Shown here one piece after another: positions 12,923 through 25,351 of a stretch of 64,000 bases of DNA. Positions within the stretch are counted from its first letter, which is position 1; every line of letters begins with the position of its first letter. Source of the stretch: Podarcis vaucheri (lineage: Eukaryota); the NCBI GenBank assembly GCA_965113315.1, contig OZ220369.1. One strand, 5' to 3'. A program made the position numbers and the translations under genes. A model generated the notes under the pieces. The model was not told where the DNA came from. It searched no databases and saw nothing but the letters and a program-made list of their open reading frames with translations.

Positions 12923-13270
12923 GGGTGGCGCTGTGGGTTAAACCACAGAGCCTAGGGCTTGCCAATCAGAAGGTCAGCGGTTCGAATCCCCATGACGGGG
13001 TGAGTTCCCATTGCTCGGTCCCTGCTCCTGCCAACCTAGCAGTTCGAAAGCACTAAGTGCAAGTAGATAAATAGGTACCATTCCGGTGGGAAGGTAAATG
13101 GTGTTTCTGTGCGCTGCTCTGGTTCACCAGTAGTGGCTTCGTCATGCTGGCCACATGACCCAGAAGCTGCATGCCGGCTCCCTTGGCCAATAAAGCAAGA
13201 TGAGTGCCACAACCCCAGAGTTGTCTGCGACTGGACCTAATGGTCAGGGGTCCCTTACCTTTACCTTACT
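12923..13270 (+). mobile_element. Sauria SINE with 16-bp TSD
   Basis: Full head-to-tail SINE flanked by ctgcctgccctgccac at 12907-12922 and 13271-13286. Confidence 0.88.
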
Positions 13271-14498
13271 CTGCCTGCCCTGCCACCTCTGCCACTGGCA
13301 CTGATTTTGGGCAACTACTCACTATGAAATTGGCACCGATGCCAGCGCTGCTTCTCCACAATGGTTCAGTTTGTACATTGCAGTGCCAAACCTACTCTCT
13401 GGATTTCTCCTTAAGATAAAATTTTTGGTGGCGGCTTCTGTGCCCCTGCACACATTCTGCAGAAAACCTTTCCCCATTCTGAAGCTTCAGGTTAAATGTT
13501 GTGTTGTGCGGGCTGACAATACGTCATTTCACAGGCCAGTGGCAATTTCAGAAAGGAAATGAAAGTTCTTATTGACAAAACAAGGTTGTGGAGCATATTT
13601 ACAAAAACTCTGATCAAGATACTGTCTGGCAGAAGTATGAATTCTGCTCTGACTTATAACTCACTGGGTGTTTGGGAGCAAAGCTAGTTGTAACACCTAG
13701 TTTACTTCTCAGTGAAACCTACCTAACAAAGTTGTTGTAATGATAAAATGTGGTTTAGGCTCCTTGGAAGAAGCCAGGGAGATAAACAATATCAATAGTC
13801 TCATAACCCAGAACTCACCTGTATCAGTCCCTATTCCCTCTGAGCTTCTCCCTGGCACTACTCTAGCTACACTCCCATCTCTCTGGAAGAACCATTAGCT
13901 TTAAGAATTCAATGCAGGAATCCTGTATAGATATTACCAGCCTGGCTCAGGTCCCTAGAAAATTCCAGGTCCAAAAATCGAAGCTGCTTCACTATAACCC
14001 ATGAGTACAGCGACTCAGAGCACACCCACTGAAATTAATGGGGATGACTAACTTAGGTCCATTAATTTCGGTGGAGCTACAATGGCACCCAGTGGCCTTT
14101 TGAGATAATGCTAAAGGTTTCCATCTCACCCTTCTGGAAATATGTGCCTTTAAGAGTTGTCTGATGGAGAGGAATTTCAGCTGGTCCAGATGGTCACTTT
14201 GTGATGCCGCAGGCTTGAGCAGCCTTGCACCTGCTGAAGCTTTTCCTTCTACCTAACTATTAAAGACAGAAGAGCCATGTCTTTTTATTGGCCTCCTATC
14301 GAAGAGTGCTTCAGTCTTTACAACTCCTTGCTCCTGTTCTGAAAAAAGGCGGGGAAAGCAAAGCACATGGGTCGTAGCTTCAATCTAGGCTTGTCATACG
14401 TCAGGAAAATTCCTGACATGTCCTGGTTTCCAGGTGTAAAAATGGCGTCGGATGTATGGCAACGCAATGGAAAAAGCAGCACAACCTTTTTTTTTTCC

Positions 14499-16110
14499 TC
14501 AAACACTTCCGATTTTGGGAGGAATGAAATGTTTTAAGGAATGGAAAAAGGAGCTAGCCAGATTTGTCTGGAATGGCAATAAGCTGAGAATCAAACACCA
14601 GGTATTAATAGATAAAAGAGAAAGAGGTGGATTTGGATTACCGGATTTAGAATTATACCATGCCGCAGCTGGCTAGTTTGGTTAAAGAAATGGATTACAC
14701 TAAAAGATACAAATGTATTAGATCTTGAGGGGCACGACAACTGGTTTGGGTGGCATGCCTATCTGATATATGAAAAGGTGAAAGTACACAAAGTTTCTTG
14801 GGCCATGAAGTAAGAAGATCACTCTATAAAATGTGGAGTAAATACAGAGGAATTTTGGAACCCAATATATCTTTGTGGACGTCACCAGTAGAAGCGATAG
14901 CAGTCAAAAGGAAAAACATGAAGGGAGACTGGCCCAATTACAGGATGTTATTAGAACCAGACAAAGAAATGCCAATCCTAAAAAAATATGAGGATATTAA
15001 ATATCACCTGTCTGGTTGGCTACAGTAATTCCAACTAAACCAAAAACTGAGCACAGATAAAAGAGAAGGTCTTGCCAAAGAAACTTCCGCCTTTGAAAAA
15101 GAGTTAATATATAACAAGGGAAAATATATATCAAGAATGTATGAACATCTTTTAGAGTGGGAAGTGAAAGAGGAGCAGGTTAAAACATCTGTGATAAAAT
15201 GGGCGCAGGACTTTGGCTACAATATTAATATGGAACAATGGGGAATGCTATGGCAGCAAGACATTAAATTTACATCATGCTATAATTTGAGGGAAAATAC
15301 CATGAAGATGCTTTATCGATGGCACCACACCCCGGCAAAACTCGCCAAAATGTATAAGGGAAGTTCACCAATATGTTGGCGTTGTAAAAAGGAAATAGGA
15401 TCGTACTATTATATGTTGTGGACTTGTATGGTTATAAGCGAGTTTTGCAATAAAATATATGATGAATTTAAGAAATTATTTAAACTTATTTTTTTTAAAA
15501 AGACCAGAGATTTTCCTTCTAGGAATACTGCCAATAGAAATAAAGCAAAATACAAGACCACTGCTCATGTATTCAATTACAGCTGCAAAAATACTGATAG
15601 CCAGAAGTTGGAAATGTGAAACAACAACTACAATAATAGATTGGCAATCACTCATGCTAGAGTACTTTCAATTAGCAAAGCTGACCGCAAAAGTCAGAGG
15701 AGCCCCAAATCAAAAAAAAAAATCAGAGAATAGAGACTATTTAAAGAATATATAAGATTATATTGTAATAATGATGTTATCCTAGCAGAACTGAATGATA
15801 CTTGTATATAATAAACAAATGGAATAAATATACTAGATGAATATACAGGAAGTTGTAAAACAAACTGTGCGATAAAATTAAGACAATAGAAAAAGTACAA
15901 TGAGAATGATTGGAAGTTTCTTTCAGAAGGCTTTATTAGAAAAGACAGGATGTTATAACCAACATTCATTTATTATTGTTAGCTCTTTTTTGCTTTTTAT
16001 TTTTATTTCCTTCATCTTTCTATTATACTTTTTGTTTAATTTTGATGTAACTATTTGTAATATATACGTAAGATGATATTTTAAATCAATAAAGATGAAT
16101 TTTAAAAAAA
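14499..16110 (+). mobile_element. 5'-truncated, degenerate L1-clade LINE (ORF2 3' part, 3' UTR, A tail)
   Basis: Fragments QTLPI...RFVWNGNKLRIK...ERGGFGLPDLELY and C-terminal CWRC...MLWTC knuckle. Frameshifts present. AATAAA followed by an A tail. Confidence 0.85.
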
Positions 16111-16224
16111 GAGAGGAAAAAACAGCGGAAACGGCTCCAAAAGCTTAAAATCAATCACATCACTGAAGTCCTTTTTCCTGCCCACTTTCCCTCTTCCCCT
16201 CATAGTCAGGGGAATATAGTATTC

Positions 16225-16410
16225 CTGTGGAACACCTTCCCATTAGATGTCAAAGAGATAAACAACCCTGGGACTTCCTGCAGACATCTGGAAAAAGAAG
16301 CCCTGTATGGGGAAGTTTTTAAATGTCTGATGTTTCTATGTGTTTTTATATTTTGTTCGAAGCTGCCCAAAGGGGCTGGGGCAACCCAGTCCGATGGATG
16401 GGGTTCAAGC

Positions 16411-16458
<48 letters not shown>
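16225..16458 (+). mobile_element. LINE 3' end (L2-like) with (TAT)n microsatellite tail
   Basis: ggctggggcaacccagtccgatggatgggg followed by (TAT)n. The same tail motif occurs at ~20747-20805 (+) and ~22474-22578 (-). Confidence 0.55.
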
Positions 16459-16460
<2 letters not shown>

Positions 16461-16831
16461 CAGCTTTTCCTCAGTCCCAGATGTGTGGGGCGCTGCCTGT
16501 GGTGGCTACTTAATGGCAAGGGGGAAAGGTACTTTGCACGTGCTCAGAGGCATGCCATCCTTTGTGACAAGTTCCCTTCAAACTCTGGTTTTCCTCCACC
16601 AGCTCTTTCTGAAGACCACCCTCCTCCTCCAGTACTACTGCGACTGGTATTCATTCCCCATGAAATCGTGGATTCCCTTCCTTGCAAGGAAACATTTTCC
16701 TCAGGATAGAAGATTCCCCGCTTTTCTACACTTGCCCCTCCCCCCACACCCTCTTGCCTGAGATAAAACAAAAAACCCACCACCAACGAACGCAGCACCC
16801 TGGCAGCAACCTGTAAAACGAGAGAGAGAAA

Positions 16832-16906
16832 TTTCCCGCGCTGCCCGATGATTGGCTGCAGCTCACCAGCTCCTGTCGCTCATTGGCTCGCGCGATTTTT
16901 GGCGCC
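16832..16906 (+). promoter_or_regulatory. Putative PRDM9 promoter, copy B: CpG-rich, two E2F-type sites and two inverted CCAAT boxes
   Basis: TTTCCCGC 16832, ATTGG 16851 and 16882 (31-bp spacing), TTTGGCGC 16898. About 300 bp upstream of the ATG. Confidence 0.65.
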
Positions 16907-17201
16907 TTTTCCCTCTCGCTGAGGGAAGGAGGTGGCTCTGTGGGGCTGAGCGAAAAGCCTCGGCTGTGGCGGGGAGGATTTCAGAGAGGGGCGAAGTTTA
17001 AACAGTTCCCTCGCTGCTTGTAGAGCAGGGAAGCCCAAAGTCTAGGGCTGAACCCCCCCCCCCAAGATTAAAGGAGGAAATGCCCAGTTTGGGCTGAGGG
17101 AGGAAAGGGGAGAAAGAAAGTTGACTGGGATGGAAGGAGACTGAGGAGGGAGAGATGATTAAACTGGGCTGAAATTTGGGAACTGAGGGAGGGGGAGAGA
17201 A

Positions 17202-17696
17202 ATGGCATCTGGAGGTGAGATGCCCACTGGGACAGAAGCCCAGGAAAGAGGGCAGAAAATGCCAGCTGGGGCAGGAGCCCAGGGAATGTGGGAAGAAATA
17301 CCTCCTGGGACAGAAGCTCAGGGGTTGGGGCAAGAGATGCTCAGGGATGATGAATGCCAAGGGCTGGAGGGCAGAGGCAGTTCCAGCATGGGAGAAGCGG
17401 GAGGGATGAGGAGAGAGGCATCTGACAAAAACGATACCCCAGGGAAGAGGGCAACTGAGGCTGAATGGCCTGTTCCCAGTGGGGGAGATCTCATGGAGAA
17501 TGATCCCAGGGATCTGAGAGGAGAGCCCCTGGAGAAAGGAGCCACTGGGGCACCACCTCCTTCTGATTCTCTTCTTACAAAAAGTGCTATGGGGGGGAAG
17601 TCGGGGTCAGGTAGCCCCAAAAACAGTTGCTTAGACAGGGGTTCTACAGAGAGGGTCAAAAAGCCAAGCCATAAGAAAAGGGGGCAGAAGCCCAAG
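17202..17696 (+). CDS. PRDM9: PRDM9 copy B exon 1 (165-aa N-terminal low-complexity region)
   Basis: gaaATGG Kozak context, in-frame stop upstream, 495-nt open frame ending AAG|gtgagg in phase 0 with the KRAB exon. Frame conserved in copy C. Confidence 0.7.
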
Positions 17697-18332
17697 GTGA
17701 GGAATTTGGAGTAAGCAAATATCCTGTAAAGAGACCTTCCATCCTAAAATGTGCCAAGCTTCTTCAAGTTGAGACTTGCTGCTTTTAGCAATTTTGAAGG
17801 CTTGGGGAAGTCACACACAAATGTTTTAATTAAATAAAAATAATGGGGAAATAATATATTATTTAAGAGGCGTAAATAATAAGATTTCACATGTAGCTCA
17901 GTTATTGCTGGAGAGGCCCATAAAGATGGGAACCTTGACAATCATGCTACAGTCACATGACACTTTATCTGTAGTTGCCAATGCCTGATAACATGCAGCA
18001 ATCATTCAAAGTTGGCAAAGTAGTGTAGAATTTCCATGCAATTTGGAAACTTTGGGTGCAGACTGGACAGGAAAGCCATAGCTAAATTTTGTTTTAAATA
18101 GATCTGGTTCAGGGACATGGTAAAGTATGGCAGCTGCTCAGCTTGTACAACAACTGGACTTTCAAGAGCAGTCCCAGCAACTTAGCTTGTTGTTAGACCC
18201 ATCAATTAATTGGTGTGCAAATTTAAAAGTGTGTAATTTCACTGATTGATTTCACTTTACTTGTAAAGTGCTTGTTTCTAAGTAAAACGCATGATATTAT
18301 GTGTCTGTACCCACTTTCTTCCTGTGTACTAG

Positions 18333-18456
18333 GCTGAAGATACTTTTAAAGGGCTGGTAATCTACTTCCCTAAAGAGCAATGGGCTGAAATGGGAGAATG
18401 GGAAAAAATTCGTTATAAGAATATGAAAGAGAACTATGAGTTTATGACTCAATTAG
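18333..18456 (+). CDS. PRDM9: PRDM9 copy B KRAB exon
   Basis: tag|AEDTFKGLVIYFPKEQWAEMGEWEKIRYKNMKENYEFMTQL G|gtgag; matches the PRDM9/SSX-type ancestral KRAB. Confidence 0.95.
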
Positions 18457-19358
18457 GTGAGAAAAATTACTGAAAATTAAGGAAGGAGTATGGATTATTT
18501 AGCTGCAATAAGATCTCTGATTTGAAAAACAATTGAAGAATTGTTCACTCTTGCACCTTATTTTACCTTTATCAAATAGTAACATTCAAAGGGTTCATCT
18601 ATGTGACATGTTAAAAGCAAAGCATATATTTTAGTGTGTATTTAAAAGTATAACTGTCAGGCTTCCAAGGGCTCTCAATGATTACAGCCTGAAGCTCAGC
18701 TCAATTACACCATATATTAACTATGTTTGTAAAAAGGTTAAAATTTAGAACTCTGTAGGCAGAATTAGGACCAGTAGAGAAGGCAAAGAGAGATTAATGA
18801 AAGAAGTATGGAACTAGAAATAATGCTGAAATTGTACCTGGGAGGTCTGGATTCAAATTCTTTTCCAAGCATGACTTCACTTTATATGCTTGGTTAAGTT
18901 ACTGGGTTGAATCAGTGAAGTTGCACATTGGCTGCAATCTAATCCACTTTCCTGGTTGTAGACCCCAATTGAAAGCAATAGGGCTTACTTTTGAGTTTCT
19001 TAGAATTGCTCTGTAAGATACCATTGAAACATTTGTCTCCTTTTCCCACACCTCTCCCATGTTGTGGACTGCAGAGGATAGATTGGTCTTTCACTGATAC
19101 AGTACTTTTTCTTTTTAACAAAACCTTTTGGCTAGGTATACTATGTGGCAAGTGATCTGAAGCCTTTCACATTGGATACAGATTCTGGGGGGTGGGAAGG
19201 GCCTGGTTTTCCCATAGCACAATATTGATTATTTTGTCTTTTATTGGCATTTGACATCAGTTGAACAGAGACAAATTTCTGGAAGCATTCTTTCAATAAG
19301 ATGTTTGCAGACAACAACTTTTATAGTATCTTATACCTGATTTTTTTTTTTTTTTTAG

Positions 19359-19463
19359 GTCTTCCTACACCTAAACCAACATTTATGTATCATGCACGGC
19401 AACCTCCCAAAACTACAAATGAGTCCTCTGAGTCTGATGAGGAATGGACACCAAAATCTATAG
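19359..19463 (+). CDS. PRDM9: PRDM9 copy B exon 3 (end of KRAB region, DEEWTP)
   Basis: Poly-T acceptor; GLPTPKPTFMYHARQPPKTTNESSESDEEWTPKSI; gt donor; phase-compatible. Confidence 0.93.
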   Translation, partial: VFLHLNQHLCIMHGNLPKLQMSPLSLMRNGHQNL

Positions 19464-20323
19464 GTAAATGATTGGTATAGTCATTCCTGAATACATGCAA
19501 CCCTCCAGGCTTCTGTATACGGGCCATAGAACTCTTTGCAGGCCATACCCCTCACCAGCAGTAAAGTCTAAGAAAAATTCTGCTGGAACAGACCATCCTG
19601 TTTCCCACAGTGCCTAGCCAGATACTTCTGGGAAGCCCATAAGCAGGGCATGAAGGCAATGCTCCCCCTTTCTGTTGTCCCTTCAATCAACTTAGCATAT
19701 ATCTGAACATGGGCATTCCATTTAGCCATCACAGCTAATTGAAAGATAAATGCTCTATGATTGACTGCATTTGTCTCTTTCTGGTGAATGACATATCTAT
19801 TACTTTAGTTACATTAATTTTGTGAGATGCAGCTGATGAATGTAACAAAATGTAGTTTATGTGATGTGACCCAACTCATCTACATTGGTTCATTTTGCTC
19901 GTCACTACTAATAGCCCTTATGTCTCATACTTGATTTTCCTTTGCTCTACCTATATGAATATTCTGTTGCAATGATGGGGAATGAGTGGCCCTCCAGATA
20001 TGACTCCTGTAATCCTTCACCATTAGCCATGCTGGCTGGGACTAATGGGAGATGGAGTTCAACAACAATTGGAGGGGCACTGGTTCCCCACCTCCGTTCT
20101 GTTGCTATACTGTGTACTCTGGTGCATAGATCAGGTTGCAATTTTGCTGTATTCTTTTTATTGAATATTAATCTTTTGCATTAGAATGGCTTTATATTCA
20201 TTCTAAAGCTGAGCATCTAATAGTGTTTCATTAATTCAATACTGTATCAGCAATGAGGTTATTGTCATATTGTCCCTATATTCCCATTCATTCCATGTAT
20301 ATACAATCATATAAGGAAAGTCT

Positions 20324-20508
20324 GGAGCTCAGTGGTACAGCATGTGTTTTGCACAGAAAAACTCTCAGGTTTAGTCACTGGCATTTCCAGGTAGAGCTGG
20401 GAAAGACTTGTGTCAGGACCCCTGGAGGGCCACTGCTGGACCGTGTCAACAATACTGAGATGGATGGACCAATGGTCTGACTTAGTATATAGCAGTTTCC
20501 TATGTTCA
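20324..20508 (+). mobile_element. Old tRNA-derived SINE (also ~52072-52256)
   Basis: gagctcagtggtacagcat head and tail ...gatggaccaatggtctgacttagtatatagcagtttcctatgttc. Confidence 0.5.
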
Positions 20509-21045
20509 TTCCTTTTTCTTGGCAACACAATGTGTAATATCATGGGATGCATTCCTGTGATGATGCATTCATAGTCATAATAAAAGTGAAGATGCAGAGA
20601 AAATATTCGAAACATCAATCAATCAAGAGACATTTATTGAGGCATTATTGTTTTTATCATTCCATAAACTGAAGGAGAACCACCTGCCTGTTCAGTTTCT
20701 ATTTATTTAAATTCATGCTACCAAATGTCTTTCTACTGGTGAAACAGTGGCTGGGGAAACCCAGCCAGATGGGCAGGGTATAAATAATATTTTATTATTA
20801 TTATAACAACACATTTTTGCAAATATACTCCTGGAAATTACCATGGAGAACTGGCTGGCAGGTACTGGAGAAATTTAGTGGATGGTTTGGAGCTATAGCT
20901 TTCTCCAAATGATTGACTGGTATAAATACCAAAGTTTGTGTATATATTGCACAATACACCCTTTATCCCCCCCCTCTCTCTTGGGTTTATATGTTCAGTG
21001 ATAATATTTTAATTTCTAAAATATTAGTTTGCTTCTTATTTCCAG

Positions 21046-21119
21046 TAAAATCTTTTAGGACACCGTGTAACCTGAATAGCTGGAAAGAGGAAAAGAAAAA
21101 AAAGTACCCTCTTGATCAA
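21046..21119 (+). CDS. PRDM9: PRDM9 copy B exon 4
   Basis: ccag|VKSFRTPCNLNSWKEEKKKKYPLDQ|gtaag; phases 1->0 fit the neighbours. Confidence 0.75.
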
Positions 21120-21817
21120 GTAAGATAGTTTTGGATATTTCAAGTGATTTGCAATTTCTGTTTTTTTTTTTTTGTTTGTCTGATGATTCTAGCAAACATC
21201 GAATCAAAATAGTTTGGAGAAACATTTCATGTGTTTGCCCTGATATGGAAATAAAGATATTAATAAAAGCAGGGTTTGATGGGGCATACGTTTTATTTGA
21301 GTGGAAATTTATTGTTTACAATCATTAGCTTTTAGAGAAACAATTTGACTTTTGTAGTCAGTGATCATAACATTACACTTTCAAACAAAGGAAGAACCCA
21401 GACAAACAACTGAAACAAAGAAACAAACTCTGAAATCAACACAAACTCTGGAATCAAATGTGTAGGAGACTGAGGATAAGCTACCCATCTGACAGGGTGA
21501 CCTGTAGTTCACAAAACCCACACTATTTGCTGACACACTGAAAGACTGTGAAAAATATTTTCTTTCTTTTTTTAAGTATGTGGAAACACTAATTGAGGGA
21601 AGGGGAACAGAACACAGCTGGACACTAGCTTGCACATTATCAGTGTATACAGCCAATATAGTTAGTAGCTGCTGCTTTAGATTATGGTATCACATGAAGG
21701 TGTGTACTGCTGTGCACAAGAAACTGCTATGTACGAAAGCACACTGTGAAATAGTAGCCCATGTGTGTTTCAAAAGCTTCATGTGGACACAGCCTAATAG
21801 ACCAGCCTTCACCAGTC

Positions 21818-21980
21818 AGGGGTAGTCAACCGTTTTATACCTACTGCCCACTAATGCATCTTTCTTAATGGGAAAATTTCCTTACCACCCACCAGTGTTT
21901 GATGGAAGGATGATTCAGCTTGTGCAGTAGAACCCCCTACCGCCCACCTAGAATCCTGAAACGCCCACTAGTGGGCAGTA
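21818..21980. mobile_element. hAT-like MITE (partly deleted in unit 2)
   Basis: caggggtagtcaacc...ggttgagaaccct termini with an internal inverted repeat cctactgcccacta/tagtgggcagtagg. Confidence 0.5.
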
Positions 21981-22474
21981 GGGAGCAGGTTGAGAACCCT
22001 TCTCCAGGTCTTTTGAATTCTAGTCAGCCCCAGACAACACAACCTTTTCGACATGAGGACACTACTGTATGTAGCTATTTCATTGGGTTGAAAGTCAAAT
22101 ATATAATATGTTCATACATTTAAGTCATGATTGCTGCAGCAATTCATTTTCTGTTCATGTTTGAAGGTCTTTCTGGGTGTTAGCAATAATAGTCACATCT
22201 TCAAAGTTATTTCCATGTACCATACTTTTGCTAAACATTGTACTCTATAGCCAAAGGAGAGATTCCTGAGAAAAATAAATAATTAAGTATGGCTTGGGAC
22301 TGTCTCGTAACTGAATATACTAACTGGTAATTTGTCTAAATGATAACTGCCATTGTGGAAATATTTAAGAAGATCTAAATTAATATGATCACGTTTAACA
22401 CCCAGTAAATACACATGATTCACAAGCCCCCTCTTAATTTTTTATGAGTATTATTTGAGATGATGATGATGATG

Positions 22475-22524
<50 letters not shown>

Positions 22525-22630
22525 TTATTTGTACCCCGCCCATCTGGCTGGATTTCCCCAGCCACTCTGGGCAGCTTCCACAAAGACCAAAATATGTTAA
22601 GATTTAATAGAAAACAACTTTTTGTTGCAG

Positions 22631-22748
22631 AATAAGCAAATAAACACTATGGGACTTACTTCCAAAGACCAAGAACATATAAAGAAAACTGACAAAAATA
22701 CATGTGCAGATGTTCATACTACAGACATTGCAGCAGAATCAAAGACTG
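22631..22748 (+). CDS. PRDM9: PRDM9 copy B exon 5
   Basis: ttgcag|NKQINTMGLTSKDQEHIKKTDKNTCADVHTTDIAAESKT+1 nt|gtaag; phases 0->1 fit. Confidence 0.75.
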
Positions 22749-23887
22749 GTAAGTGCTTGGTAGAGAGCCATTTATTTATTTTCTTAATATTTTAAAATAA
22801 TAATTACTCTGCCCACTGTGTTCTTTACAGCTTTTTGACATTTAATTGTAAAGGGCACTCTCCAAAACTGGAACTGGAAGTTTTTCTAATGATCTGATCT
22901 TATGATCTGTGTAAGACAATTTTTTTTAATGTAATTGTATGTAAGAGCAAAAACAATGTTGCATGTTGTTTTCAAGTCCAGTACAGCAAAATGACAGAGA
23001 GCTTACACTGTGCAGCTGCTCAAGCAGTTCAAATCCACCTAGCCAATTACACTGTGAAAGACTTTATATGAGTCAAATATGGAAGGAGATGGGGCATGAA
23101 AGGGACAGGGTGTGTTAATAGTGATGTTTAAGTGTGAGCTTATCCATGTTAACAGGACCAGGCATTCCTGCAACCATGGAATATGAAAATTGACTCAGAA
23201 TTAAATTTCTAACATTGATAAGCTGCACTTAAATGCAGACATGTCCATGTTAAAAGATATTCTTTGTGCTTAATGAAAGTTGGGGATTTTTTAGGTGGTT
23301 TTGTCTCATTCTGAAAAGGGCTATGGTTTAGTATGGTATTTCTAGGTCGGAGCAAGATTGGTTAATATTTTGCTGCCTGTGAGCCACATTGTCACATATC
23401 CAGGCTCTCAGCCAATCTAGGTAATTAAGCATCGCTAGTAAAGAGCATAACTAATTCTGTTTAGATGCCTAGTGAAACGTTTTGGAGCACAGCCAAGCAA
23501 AATCTTCAGGAGGAAATAGGGAACATTTTAATTCTCAGCACACTGTATCTGTCACTTCATGTCCAGTGTGGTATGTTCATCCTATGTTCTTTACCATCTG
23601 CTATTCTTATGTGACTTGTTAGAAATGCTGAAACTATAGAAGATTTTATTATAAGCAGACAATGCCATTTCAGAATAGAATATCCCACAGGGTTCTACAC
23701 ACATCTTGCAGAAACAAAAGTAGATATATTCAGGCATTCTGCTTATATGCAAATCCTACACATGAGCAAGGCAAGCAGGGACTAATGTGAACACCTAAAC
23801 ATACCTAATGTGATTCAAGTTCTTGTATTCCATGTACTTTTGCTTTCCATGAGTTTATGCGTTACAAAATTAGATTATATACTTCAG

Positions 23888-24028
23888 ATATTGAGAAGAA
23901 AGCTTTGTCGGGGAAAGCAAAGAATAAGAAAAGAGATCAGGAGAAAGAAGTTAGTACATACAGTTTGCGGAAGAGGGAGAGAAAAACATATACGGAAATA
24001 AATGAGCCAAATGATGATGATTACTTGT
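23888..24028 (+). CDS. PRDM9: PRDM9 copy B exon 6 (SSXRD)
   Basis: cag|DIEKKALSGKAKNKKRDQEKEVSTYSLRKRERKTYTEINEPNDDDYL|gtaag; matches PRDM9 YSLRERK...Y.E..EP.DDDYL. Confidence 0.93.
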
Positions 24029-25351
24029 GTAAGTTTATAATCAGCATTTTCCATCTTCAATTCTTATGTTGCCTTGGAAAAATATTTATAAAACAGTGCT
24101 TTTAGATATTCTATTACATATTTTTCAGGTTCAGGTTTATTCCTAATTCTAATGCTAATAATGCTAAGAAACTCTCCCTTTATGCTTATATTTTAAAAAG
24201 CGCTTAATCAAAATTATGTTAATTAAAATGCCTGTATCAGGCTTGTAACAATTGTTCAAAATTGGAAAAGGAAGAGCAATTCTATACTGGCACTATTAAA
24301 CTCTCTTTTTGTGACACTACTCCATTTTGTAAGAAAGTACATCAGACTTTCATATAAAAAGTTCCTGAGCTATAATCAGTATCCCCAATCACATTTTAAA
24401 AAGAAAACAAATTTCCTATAAATTTGCCATGGGCCATTTATTCACAATAGACTCGCAATTTGATTATATTCACGGATGATGGGTGATGTACAGAAGGTCT
24501 GCAGTTACCCTAGCCCTTCTCTAAACAGGAGGTGGTCTTAATGTCAGAATCTGTACAAGTAATCTGAGGCAGTTGAACTGAACTAATGCTGTTCTTGATT
24601 TGTCAGAAACTGGCAGATTGTGATAAAGGGTTAAAGCCAATGCTAGGCTTACTCAGTTTAGACCCATTGTAATTAATTTAATATTTAATATTACTAAATT
24701 AGATCATTTGATTTGAAAAGGACTTCTCTGAGTAAGAATTAACTGGACACAACACAGAGGTTTTTGAAAGGACTACGTATGCTATAGAAGTGCCAACAAC
24801 AAACACATATTTCATACTCATAGAAATGAAAGTATCCAAAGACTATGTAGACCAATCCCATAGAATAAGAATAGACTGTCCATCTACCCATAACCACTCC
24901 TAGAGTGCAGCTGTCATCTGTGGACCACAGTGTGCCACACGGAGTTAGCAGATACAGCCAGTAATAGCTTGAGGGAATTTGTGCAATTAAAGTATGGTTA
25001 CACACTATAAGAAAAGGAAACCCAACCAACCAAATGTTAGCGGCTAAACTAGTTTAGAGGGGAAATCCTTCCTTCTTCAAAGAGATTCCAATGGGAAACA
25101 CGTCAATACCACTTAATATTCTGATAGGGAATGCCAAGGTTGCATAGCAGGGGAAATAATCCTTCTTAACATTTATGGGCAACGACAAACATAAGAAATA
25201 ACGAAACATTTCCCTGAATTCATCCAACTGTACCATGAAGCCTTGGAGCACCCTATGGTGCTAGAACTATTGTTAAATGGAACTACCAGGGTTCGTAAAA
25301 CTATCCCACACACCATCACCCCTCCCCTACTTTCCCCATCTTTTCTTCCCA

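Noticed and set aside
13323-13410. Candidate CD79A Ig-domain exon on the minus strand
   Set aside because: Splice-like signals exist, but there is no Ig motif, the segment is too short, and it has an in-frame stop in unit 1.
16323-16761. Poly-Leu/poly-Tyr ORFs and poly-Lys ORF at 27305-27790
   Set aside because: Translations of (TAT)n and (CTT)n retroelement tails.
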